Of a stretch of 64,000 bases of DNA, positions 13,534 through 24,727 are shown piece after piece. The position numbers were made by a program, and so were the translations under genes. Within the stretch, counting starts at the first letter, position 1. Each line of letters begins with the position of its first letter. The notes below the pieces were generated by a model. That model worked only from the letters and a program-made list of their open reading frames with translations, was not told the DNA's origin and did not search any database. This DNA comes from Batkoa obscura (taxonomy: Eukaryota), in NCBI GenBank assembly GCA_030770535.1, contig JASVEC010000015.1:868001-932000 (forward strand), given 5' to 3'.

Positions 13534-13931
13534 AAAGGTTGAATGAAGGTTAGGTTGACAACTAAAGCGATTTGATTTATATGCAAGTAGAATAAGTTTT
13601 GAAGGTATTTTTTGAGTGATATTTGAATACTTTTTGATATACTATTGAGAAAATAAAATGATATTTAATATTGATGTTTATATAAATCAAATTATAACTT
13701 GCTTTTGATTTGATAGATATAATATTAAAAACTTGATACTATATTAATGTTTTATAATTAAAACTCATATTTAATTAAGATTATTAAGAATATTAAGATG
13801 ATTTAGTAAATTTGGATCTTCAATAACTATTAAGTGTTAAATAAATTAATAACAACGATTTATTATTTTATAATTTAGTAATAAACTTCAACGTTGATAT
13901 TTATTTTTAATAAATTAATAATCAAGTATGC

Positions 13932-15629
13932 TTATTTCCAAACCTCATTATCGTCCTGTTTTTCAATAATCACTTCACTTGGGGTAGGTGTTGTATTATT
14001 AGACCATTGTCTATATCTTTTAGTTACAGCAGGTACCCAAGGGGGAGCTAATTGTGAAAGAGAGAAAGTAGTAGCTTCCGAGATGGGTCTTGGAGGTGGA
14101 CGAGTAGCTTTTAATTTACCAAAAGAAATTTTCTCAATAATAAAAGCTAATAAATTAAAAGCAATATACGAAAAGATACCAGCCAATAAACCGTAAGCAA
14201 TAGAATAAGTAAATGGCATAATAGCAACAGTAAGGAAAGCAGGGATGGCCTCACCTGGATGTTCCCAGGGTACCTTAGTTAAATTTTGACACATTAAACT
14301 ACCTACTACAATCAAGGCAGGTCCTGTTGCCCAAGGTGGAAAAGAAGCAAATATAGGTGCTAGAAAGGTAGACAAAAAGAACATAATACCAATAACAATA
14401 GCAGTGATACCAGTTTTACCACCTTCAGCAATACCAACCCCACTTTCAAGGAAAGCAGTAACTGGTGGTACACCAAAAACAGCACCAATTGAAATGGATA
14501 TAGCATCGCAAAGGAAAGCTAATGTACCACCTTCAATATTCCCTTCTTCATCTGTAATTTTTGCTAAATCAGCTAAAGCAAATATATTACCAGTAGCTTC
14601 TAATATATCCACATATAAAAAGGTAACTAACGCTAACCAGATATTACCATGAGACATTGAAAAATCTAAAGCACCTAAAGTTTTCTCAATAGAATGAAAA
14701 CCAACGACTTGTTTAAAAAAATCATACATTTCATTGCCTTTAACTGTATCTGGAAAATAAGTTACTGTTGTGTTACGAAACCAAGAGATAATTGAAACTA
14801 ATAAGATACCATATAACATAGCCCCTTTACAACGAAACATAGTTAAATTAGCTATAATTATTAGGCCAAAAATACCCATCCATAAAGTAGGTGATTCCAT
14901 GGTATTTGATAAACATTGTTGAGTAACAGGATCTATTTTATCGGTTGGACAGCCACCTAATGTAACTAAGGTAGCCGCCGAATGACCAATTAAACCGATA
15001 CCAGCTGAAGATTGTAAACCAATAAAAGTTAAAAACAACCCAATACCAGCACACATGGAATGTTTTAAACTTTGGGGTAACAATTTAACAATCCATTGAC
15101 GAACACCAAGTACTGTTAATAATATAAAGATCAAACCTTCAATAAATACAGCTGCTAAGGCTGTTTGATAACTTATACCACTACCACCAACGCCATGAAA
15201 CCCAACAACATTATAGACAAAATAAGCATTTAATCCCATGCCACTGGATAATCCAATTGGTAGATTGGCTACTAATCCCATTAATATAGAAGAAATACCA
15301 GATACTACACAAGTAGCGGTAACGATGTCTTTTTTTATTGTATATTGACATGCCTCATAAATGGGATCACCTACACATATAGCAGCTGGTCCAACAGCTC
15401 CCTCCACGGCATTACATACACAAGTACCTCCACTATCAGCTACAATTAAAGAGTTTACTGCAATAATATAAGTCATGGTAACAAAGGTAGTTAAACCAGC
15501 TAATATTTCAGTACTAAAAGTGGTGTCTCGACTACCACTTCTTCCACTACCTCGTAATTTAAAGTAACGACCAATAAAGGAAGTACTTATTTTATCATTG
15601 AGGTTCTCTATAAAATGAAACTTAGGCAT
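13932..15629 (-). CDS. azgA: AzgA-family purine (adenine/guanine/hypoxanthine) permease; intronless
   Basis: EILAGLTTFVTMTYIIAVN, GMGLNAYF, FLESGVGIAEGGKTG, MPFTYSIAYG motifs; multiple TM helices. Confidence 0.92.
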   Translation of the reverse strand: MPKFHFIENLNDKISTSFIGRYFKLRGSGRSGSRDTTFSTEILAGLTTFVTMTYIIAVNSLIVADSGGTCVCNAVEGAVGPAAICVGDPIYEACQYTIKKDIVTATCVVSGISSILMGLVANLPIGLSSGMGLNAYFVYNVVGFHGVGGSGISYQTALAAVFIEGLIFILLTVLGVRQWIVKLLPQSLKHSMCAGIGLFLTFIGLQSSAGIGLIGHSAATLVTLGGCPTDKIDPVTQQCLSNTMESPTLWMGIFGLIIIANLTMFRCKGAMLYGILLVSIISWFRNTTVTYFPDTVKGNEMYDFFKQVVGFHSIEKTLGALDFSMSHGNIWLALVTFLYVDILEATGNIFALADLAKITDEEGNIEGGTLAFLCDAISISIGAVFGVPPVTAFLESGVGIAEGGKTGITAIVIGIMFFLSTFLAPIFASFPPWATGPALIVVGSLMCQNLTKVPWEHPGEAIPAFLTVAIMPFTYSIAYGLLAGIFSYIAFNLLAFIIEKISFGKLKATRPPPRPISEATTFSLSQLAPPWVPAVTKRYRQWSNNTTPTPSEVIIEKQDDNEVWK

Positions 15630-17111
15630 AACTTATGGATTCTATTCGAATTTTTAAGGTGTATCAAGTTGAATAATATACAAAGGAAAAGTAATTGAAT
15701 AGTTGAAATTATTCAATATACCGAATTTCGGGTATCCTTGGATCAAGCTTACCAAAAAGAAATCCCAATTTCGAAATTTGAAGTATTTATAGTGGTGCGA
15801 GTTAAATTCTAAAATTTATTTAGTCCTGAAATTTTTAAGAATAAAAATTAAATATAGGAAATAAACAATAAGGTTGATAATTAAATTGAAGTGAGTCATT
15901 AATCTTAATATTTTTTAACATTTTTTAATAAAGCGGAATATTCATTATTTCATAGACTTTTTTTTAATAATTGACTGTTTAGGCTTAACTATCATAATGA
16001 GTTTTATTTTTTTATTTTTGAAATAAATCTTATTTGTAAAAAAATATTTTTTAAATGTTTTTAATAGTCCAGCTGATCTGTTATTAAAAGCATGATATTT
16101 TATCTTTTATCATTCAAAATGGGATCTTCTGAAAAATAAAAAGATAGAATAACTCCCTTTTTATTAATAAACCTTATGCACCTTAATTTAATCAAAATAC
16201 AAAAGCTAAAGCCAGAGTTTATTCAAAATAAAAGTAATAGCTAGCTTAAAAAAGAACAAAGGTTGTTTATCCTATTATTTGTTTTGACCAAACATGAGAT
16301 GGTAGAGGTAAAGTGTTATAATCGCAGATGATATTCCTACTATAAAATAAACTACTTTATAACAAAATAAGCATTTACTCCTCCAATTAATAACTCTATT
16401 TTTTTTGACAAAAACAAAATAAAAATATTTCAAACACCTAACACACTTTTGTTTAAAAAAATCAGTACTTTATTATTACTGATCCAGTTTCAACATAGTT
16501 TCTGTACCTTAAGCCTATTAATTATTATTTCATTAAAATATTTTAATATTATTCATATAGTTTTTTAACCAGTCACCTAACTTTTTATTCACCTTTCATC
16601 TAACAATAAAACATTTGGGAGTCACACTCCTTCAAGATTTTCAAAAAAAGATTTAATATTGTTATAAATTATTTTTATTTAAAATATTTAGTGAAACAAG
16701 TAACAAATTAAAAATACAAAACTATGGTTAATTTGTAGCATAACAGTAAATGAATACTTTACCAAATTAAATTTATAAGGCAATGTTTATTTTATTAAAT
16801 TAATAGAATAAAAAAGACTATGATCAAGAGGAGAGCGTGGATTGAGAGATCAAAAGAAGGACAGATTATCAGCAGTATCTAGTAAGGGTAAACTAATACT
16901 TTTTCCCTGATTTAAACTAGTTAAGCTTAAAGTAATAAGAAGTAATTATTTAATTAAGTGAGCTTTCAATCCTGAAAGTTTTACAGTAAAGATGAAGGAC
17001 TAGATTTCTATCCAAATACTAGTTTTTAGCATTATTTATCGATGAGTCAGATAACAGAGATATTGACTAACGGTATATAAAAAACAGGACAGAGGGAGAA
17101 CTACTCAGAAA

Positions 17112-17777
17112 TCAAATATCCAAACTATTAACTAAAGAACGATGATATGATTTTAAACAAGCAGCAAATAAATTAGGTAAAACACCTGTTACCACTGCTG
17201 TAATCAATAATGGCAGAAAAAAAGGATAATAACTTGAAGGCATATTATCCCACCAAGCTAAGCCGGTGATACTAGCTTGAATCAAAAAAGAAATCAATGG
17301 GAAAAACCCAATTAAAAATACAGTTACTGGAGAACGAAAATATCTTGATAGATAACCAAAAGGGGAATAAGCATCTCCCGGGGTTAACACTTCGACCCAG
17401 ATGAAATTTTGTCGGACATATTCTGTATTTCCTGACATACGTAATAATGAAACGGGTTTCCGTTTTAATAATTCGCTATCTGTTTCTAGAATCAATTGCT
17501 CTTTTTGATGATCTCGTTGACAATAATAGGGATGAATAGTTAAAAAGAAACCTACCCATATTGTTTTTAGTGTTTTTGGTAAGTCTAATAAAATAATCAC
17601 TAATATTGAAGAATTAATTGTTCTATCAATTGCTGTTAACCAAGTCATTTCATTATACACAAAAATGGCTTTATGTTGAATTAAATTTTGAAAGATTATA
17701 CTTTCAATGATTAATATAATCATTATAAACTTTAGTTTACTTTTGAACCAATTTTCCCACGCTTCTAGTTGCTCCAT
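17112..17777 (-). CDS. Hypothetical membrane protein (221 aa)
   Basis: ATG-started intronless ORF with several hydrophobic segments; no family recognised. Confidence 0.55.
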   Translation of the reverse strand: MEQLEAWENWFKSKLKFIMIILIIESIIFQNLIQHKAIFVYNEMTWLTAIDRTINSSILVIILLDLPKTLKTIWVGFFLTIHPYYCQRDHQKEQLILETDSELLKRKPVSLLRMSGNTEYVRQNFIWVEVLTPGDAYSPFGYLSRYFRSPVTVFLIGFFPLISFLIQASITGLAWWDNMPSSYYPFFLPLLITAVVTGVLPNLFAACLKSYHRSLVNSLDI

Positions 17778-18596
17778 TTTCTAATTGTTATTATGTTATT
17801 GTTTTATTTAACTTAAAATTTTATTACTTTGTAGCTTTTTGTTACTTTTATATCTATCAGTTGTCTTAGTCTACCTTTTCAAACACTCAATTATTCAAGT
17901 TAAATCATTTTTTACATGCTAAAACATCTCTTTTTACTGTTTTATTTTTTTAATTCCATTTGTTGACGTAAATTATAGTGGGGTTAATGCAGTGATTTTA
18001 ATTTCTTAAATTAAAATATGTTCGGTTTAAAATTAATCAAATTTACTACAAAAATAAGTAATGACTGTTATAAACTATGAAAATTCCAGTCGGGATAAAC
18101 TTTTGTTTTAATATTAGCCATTTTTATTTACCCCCATTGAATTATAGATAAATTTTCTACAATATACTACTAACATTGAATGTTTATTAAAACACTTGAT
18201 TCCTACTTTGAAGCACTTACAAAGTTGGTAAATTTTAAGGTCAATCTCAGAATCTTTTAATCAATAGATGATTTAATACAATGTTTAATTGAATTCAAAT
18301 TCAAGTTTTATTAGTTTAATACTCTTCATTAATTTAAAAAGAGATAAAAGGAATATCTTACGTTTTCTTTTTAGTATAAAGCCTTTATCTTTTAAAGTTG
18401 AGATAAGTGTAATAATATGAAATAGATTGTATAAAATAATCCTGTTTTTTATCAAGTTTATTAATTAGTATATCATCATATACTAAGTTTTCCATACAAA
18501 GGCAGACCAAAGTATCTACTAGATAAAGGGGTTACGTATGTGATACGTGGAACTTTATCTTTTTGAATAGTTATCAAACTTTGTTGATTAAACTAC

Positions 18597-18832
18597 ATTT
18601 TCCGAAATGATCAAGAAAAAAAGTAAAATTGAGTCAAAAAATTAAGCACCTTTTATGTACAAGTGTACATTAATTAAACGCTCATCTAAGATTTTTTTAA
18701 ATATTAACCCATAAATATTGCAATAATATTGAACAATATTTTGAATATTTATTTAGTTCACAATCGAACTTAAAAGATGCTTGGTTTTTATTTCAATCCC
18801 ATTTTTTTTTCAATTTGATCATTTCGGAAAAT
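18597..18832. mobile_element. Fold-back MITE-like element (family B), 236 bp
   Basis: Perfect 18-bp terminal inverted repeat ATTTTCCGAAATGATCAA / TTGATCATTTCGGAAAAT, with imperfect pairing continuing inward for roughly 90 bp per arm. Confidence 0.75.
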
Positions 18833-19282
18833 ATCGTAATGAAATTATTTTAGGCTAAAAAGTTAGACTTTAAATATTAAATTTGGAACTTCAATTTAGT
18901 ACTAAACTATTAAATATGGGCAAATTATATAATCGTAAATTATAAGTTTTATAACATTTCAATCATTATTTTTAAATAGTTAAGCCTAATTTTTTATTGA
19001 TGTATCATTTAATAAATATTACGCTGTTTATATGAAAACAGTTATTTCATAATTAAACAGAGGGATAAAGTTTTGTTTTACACTATATTAAAATACCCTC
19101 ATAGTGATTTCATTAATACATTATTTTAAAAATTAACTCAATAAAATAGTATTAATTTCAACTACCAATTAAAAACCAACGATTCAATTGTAAATGTCAT
19201 TAACATAATGCTGATTAGGCTAAAAGAAAATAAAGTCATCAAAGAAATTCATTGTTTACTTTTATTTTGAAAGAATAAAAAA

Positions 19283-21115
19283 ATGAGTCGTAGCAGCAGT
19301 AGCAACGAAGAAACACAACGATTATTAGAAGAATATTCTAAAGGATTACAAAAAGATATACATAAAAGAAGATTCGGAAGTACAGACTCAATTGAGTCTA
19401 ATAACGACCAACCAAAAGATAAAAGTAAAAGCAAATACGGAAAAGGATTGGTATTATTATGTGTTTTACTCCTGGCATGTAAGAAAATAGTTTTAAAATC
19501 TTATTGAACGAGGATATTGAAATAATACTTATTAGTTGGTAGCCATTACTCTGGTCATGCTTTAGGAAGCTTAAAGGCAGATTTGAAAAAAGTAAGTTCG
19601 AATGATAAATTACTCAATATAAAATTATTTAATATAACAAAAATAGAATATGCAAATCACCAATCATGAATATGGTGTACTGCAATCTTCTGTGGCTTTG
19701 GTAAATACTATTTTGCCGGTTATTGGAGGGCTATCTATTGACAAATTTGGTACCTCTAAAGGGTCTATTTTAGCTACCTCCTTTATTACTTTAGGTACTA
19801 TTATGGTGGCTATTTCTACCAATATTTCTTATTTTCCTATGATGATTATTGGTAGATTAGTTTATGGGTAAGTTAATCAGAATAATCAGTTTGTGTACTT
19901 AACAATTGTTGTTTATTAGCTTAGGGAGTGGAACAATAGTAATAATTCAGGGCGCAATAATAACACATTGGTTTAAAGATAGTCATTTATCTAGTATTAT
20001 GGGAATGAAGATGATTTCATCTAGAGTAGCCTCCTTTTTAGCCATGGCATCAGTTATCCCAATTGCACAAAAAACTGGGTTTTATGGTAACGGATTTTGG
20101 GTAAGTCAAGCCAATTTATTGAATCCTCTATACTTAAATTTATAATTATAGTTAGCTGCGATATTATGTATATTATCATTACTCTTCAATATTTTCTTTG
20201 TTATATTAAGTAATAAGCAGAAGGAGGAATTAAGTAATGAAGAGCTTGAGGATTTAAAAAAAAAGAAAAAATTCGAATACAAAGATATTTTCCAATTACC
20301 TAAATTATTTTGGTTATTTGGCTTGATTTCATTTACACTTGCGGCATGCTCGAATACTTTTTGCATTTCAATACAGAGTTATTGATGCTTCGCTTTGAGC
20401 TTCCAGATTCTAAAGCTGGCTACATTGCTTCACTTTCCCAGTTATTCCCTCTTATATTACCCCCTCTTACTGGTGCATTTATTGATCGTTTTGGTGGAAG
20501 ATTAACTATTGGTAATTATTTTATATTTTATTTTATTTTTATTTATTTTATATAGCTATATCTTCCGGTATGACATATTGTATTTCAATCTACCTGTTAG
20601 GGTTTACATTTGTAAACCCAATAATTGGGATGTTGTTATTTTCATATTCACTATCAGTAGGGCCAGTTTCTTTTTTAAGTGGTGTTTCAGTATTAATTTC
20701 AGATTTGGGGATTGGAACTGCTCTAGGCCTTTACAAATCAAGTATGAATATCGCAGCCTCATTTCAAGATATTTTAGTAGGAAATCTACAATTAAGTGAT
20801 CAAAAGCAGAACCATGTTATCTTGAATGAATTGATTAGTAATTACAGTCAAAATGGAAATATACATGCTTACGACAAAGTGATGCTATTTATGCTAATAA
20901 CAGGAATTATTGGATTAGTTTTTACATTAGTACTATTTATATTTGATAAAATACAATATCATTCAAAGCTGAACGTTAATTCCAAGAAATTAAAAGAAAT
21001 CGAACAACTATATGTTGAAAATAGAAGCTATTCCAGTCTTAATAAGGTTTCTATCATCATATACTCAGTTTCTCTTGTTAGCTGTTGGCTTCTTTTTGGG
21101 TACTCTTTGTTTTAA
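19283..21115 (+). CDS. MFS transporter (MFSD1-like), multi-exon, with one apparent frameshift near 20358-20362
   Basis: YGVLQSSVALVNTILPVIGGLSIDKFG, GRLVYGLGSG, GAFIDRFG motifs; GT-AG introns. Confidence 0.85.
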
Positions 21116-21254
21116 GCTTTAGAATATAAAAATTAATTTATTGTAATATTATCAAATTTATCCTGATTTATCATATCACCACATCCTATTAAATAAACGT
21201 ATTGTACTACCTCTAATTTTTTTTAAAGCCTGAAAGAAAATTTTAAAAAATAAC

Positions 21255-21327
21255 AGCCTAATATGGGGCTCGAACCCATGACCCTGAGATTAAAAGTCTC
21301 ATGCTCTACCGACTGAGCTAATCAGGC
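21255..21327 (-). tRNA. tRNA-Lys (anticodon TTT)
   Basis: Reverse complement GCCTGATTAGCTCAGTCGGTAGAGCATGAGACTTTTAATCTCAGGGTCATGGGTTCGAGCCCCATATTAGGCT folds as a cloverleaf. Confidence 0.96.
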
Positions 21328-21856
21328 TAATTAATTAATGGCTGTGTAGACAAGTAGTATATAAAATAAAACATAAATCTCAGAATTAAGAAATCTAAAT
21401 TATAACACATTTTAACCAAAATTCAATTTTTTTCACTTGGCTTGATATTTAATATAATAGAAGTAAATAAAAAAGTCAAAGGTCAGAAAAGCAATATTAT
21501 AAATATTATAAGAACAACTTTGAAGTATCATGTATTTTGTAATAATAAAAGTTTATTAAGTTTAAATTGACATATTATATGCAACCTGTAATTTATTCAG
21601 TCTTAATTACCTGACTTATAAACTGCTAAGCTTAGATTTTGTTTATTTTTTAAATTTAAATTATTGTTATCATTGTTATTATTATTGTTATTTATTATAG
21701 CATATTTTACATGTTGACATTTATAATGTTTGACTATTTTAAATTACTACTCTCTATAGAACACAATAAATGTTATGCTTATTATTTATTAAAATTAAGT
21801 TTTTATAAAAGCAAGATAGGCCACTATGATATTCGTCCTTAAAATTTTGAACATAT

Positions 21857-21955
21857 GGGGATGATTTTTTTGATTTCATTACTTTTTCCACCTTTTAAGC
21901 GCTATTCAAGCGGAAAATTTGTTAGTAAAATTCTTAAACACAAAAATACATCCCC
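21857..21955 (+). mobile_element. MITE family A, copy 2 (99 bp)
   Basis: GGGGATG...CATCCCC perfect 7-bp TIR, ATAT on both flanks. Confidence 0.9.
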
Positions 21956-22208
21956 ATATCTCAAAGATGAATGATTTAACTAATATTAAAGTTGTACAAG
22001 AAACTTTCCACGTACTATATACACAATCCCTTTCTTTCATAAAAACTTTAGCTTATTTTTGTTTTGAACAATCAATAAATGTTCATATTCAGAATAAATT
22101 AAGGGATAATTTCAAGTTTAATATCAAGAACAATTGAGTCATCCTTTTAAAATGTAATAATAAAAAATTGAAAAAATCTATTCATTATCTTTTTTAACTA
22201 AAAATCAA

Positions 22209-23463
22209 ATGAAATCAGCGAATATTCATTTAAATAAAAGTAATTTCATTCAACAAAATAGTCAATAGAAAAAACTCAAACTATATTATCAAGTACCATG
22301 GTTATGTAGTCCTAAGTGGTTGAATAACAACATAAATAATGTAGTACCGATCGATGCATCATGGTATATGCCAAATAGTCCACGAAATGGAAAAGAAGAA
22401 TACAAAGCGAAAAGAATTAAAGTAAGCTCGATTGTCCTTTATCAATATATAAAGACTAAAAAAAGATAGAATGCACGATTTTTTGATCTTGATGAATGTA
22501 GTGATAAGACAAGTGAATATCCACATATGTTACCAAATCCTAATATGTTTTCAAATTATATGAGTTACTTTATATTAGTACTATGAATACTAGTTATTAA
22601 TAAAATTATATAGATAAGTTAAATATCAGTAATACCGATCATGTTGTGGTTTATGATGCTTCTGGTATCTTTTCTAGTTGTCGAATATTTTGGACTTTGA
22701 AAGTAATTTTAATACTAATTATTTTCTTCATATGCTTAATTTTTATAATTCAGGTTTTTGGTCATGAAAAAGTAAGTCTATTAAACGGTGGTTTACCCAG
22801 ATGGCTTAATGAAGGATATAACAATGACACTACAAATATTGAGTATAATAATGGTTTTAATGTAATATTTTAATCTAATTTTTGTTTGTGTTATTTATTT
22901 ATTTATTTGTTAGAGCTATCCAATACCAAGTATTAATAGGGATTTGATTAAAGATTATAATCAAATAAATGAGCTAATTCGTTCAAATAATTCATATAAT
23001 ATTTTAGATGCTAGACCAAAAGATAGGTAAAATAAATAAAAATTACTTTTTTATACAATTAATTTAGTTGTTAGATTTGATGGCAAAGTACCTGAACCAA
23101 GGGCAGGACTTAATAGTGGACATATGCCAAATTCAATCAACTTGCCATTTGGTGAATTGTTAACTAATCAACGATTCAAAGATAAAACTCAATTAAATGA
23201 GTTATTTAATCATTTAAATATGAAAAAAGACCTCCCAATCATTACTTCTTGTGGTAATATTACTCCAAAATTGAAGAGTTCCAAATTAATGACTTATTTT
23301 AGGTTCTGGGGTAACTGCGTGTATCTTATATTTTGGTTTAAAATATGCTCGATTTTATAATGAAGATGAAACACCACAAAGTATTAATGATCATATGATA
23401 TCTGTTTATGATGGTTCTTGGTCTGAGTATGCTGCAAGAAAAGATTCCGTTATTATTAAATAA
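22209..23463 (+). CDS. TUM1: 3-mercaptopyruvate/thiosulfate sulfurtransferase (tandem rhodanese), copy 1
   Basis: IDASWYMP, FFDLDE, YPHMLP, LLNGGLPRW, DARPKDRFDGKVPEPRAGLNSGHMP, active-site CGSGVTAC (split by an intron), YDGSWSEY. Confidence 0.92.
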
Positions 23464-23901
23464 ATAAAGACAATAATATGACATCTCAATAACTCAAAAT
23501 CTAGTAAAGCTTAAATATTTTGAATAGACATTCTTGTTATGATGAATCCTATAAATTGATAAATTATTAATTAAAAAAGTGTAAGCAATTGCTATAACAA
23601 TCAAATACTTGCAAAAACTGTTTTAAAATTATAGGTGATTAATGGGAAACAATTTGACTTAATTTTTAATCATTATCTTATCATGAATTATTATCACATT
23701 CAAATAAAAGTTGCTTTTTGCATAAACTATAAGAGCTTTCTATCAACTTCTCCATATAAAGAGTGTTTTATTTTGAATATACTCAACATTTTTGATGCTT
23801 TGGTTTAAATTTTTCCAAAAGTATTTTGTGTAATCTCTTTCTTTGGGCAAATCTGACCAGTAAAAGTATATAATTGCCAATGTGATTTTTTCCAAAAATA
23901 T

Positions 23902-23996
23902 AGGGATATATCTTCTTGTTCAAGATTCTACTAATAATTGCTCCACTCAAATAGCATTTAAAAAATGGAAAAGGGATGAAACCAAAAAACACTTTC
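23902..23996 (-). mobile_element. MITE family A, copy 3 (95 bp, diverged)
   Basis: Reverse-oriented core (CTCCACTCAAATAGCATTTAAAAAATGGAAAAGGGATGAAACC), AGGGATA...CACTTTC ends, ATAT on both flanks. Confidence 0.8.
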
Positions 23997-24727
23997 ATAT
24001 ATCCTTTTCAGGTGTGTGTTTAAATTTTATCTATTTTGGTCTTTAGTAAAAATTGCGAATTAAGCACTAAGTGCTACGAAAATAGCTGCTTTTTTGCTCA
24101 CTTTTAAGATTAATTGTAGAAATGTTTTTTTATCTAGTATTTATTTGATACTTTTTCGAAGTTTTGTGCTACAGAAAATGGTTTAAAGTGAAATTGGAAA
24201 ATTTTATCCTTAATTTTAACTGAGCTTTTACTTATTCACATAGAAAATATCCAAATTAGAACTAATAACATTATTATATCAATAAAAAAGAGATTAATTA
24301 TAAAATGAACTCATGTAAGTTCGAAGCTGAAATGCGATAATTTAACCATGGATAAATTTATAGCTGCTTCATCTCTTTTGTGAAAATTTTAAATATTTAT
24401 TTGAACATATTATTTATGCTGAAATTTGTTGAGTAAAGATTTTGAGCATTGAAATTCAATTAATTGAATTATTTAACTATAAAAATAACTATTAAGTAGT
24501 TCACAAAGAGTTGAAATAAATATAGAAACTTGACAAAAAAACTTATTACCCAAAAATTAGCTTATATTGAAAATTGAGACTTAAAATCTTTTTACAAAAA
24601 GAAACCAGCAATGTCGGGTTGTGAATAGTAACCCGGCCGTAAAAGGAATGGTCTAGAACAATTGAATCCCTTTAAAAAAGTTTAAATAGCAAGCACTAAA
24701 GTTGAATTTTTATTTTTTCTTAAAACA

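Noticed and set aside
16814..16850. AAGACTAT... start reminiscent of the U3 snoRNA 5' end
   Set aside because: No box A, B, C or D in the expected order.
23783..23998. 71-aa ORF similar to ORF 34210-34452 (also 21919-22137)
   Set aside because: The similarity comes from overlapping MITE family A copies; the 34210 ORF also runs into tRNA-Cys. Not genes.
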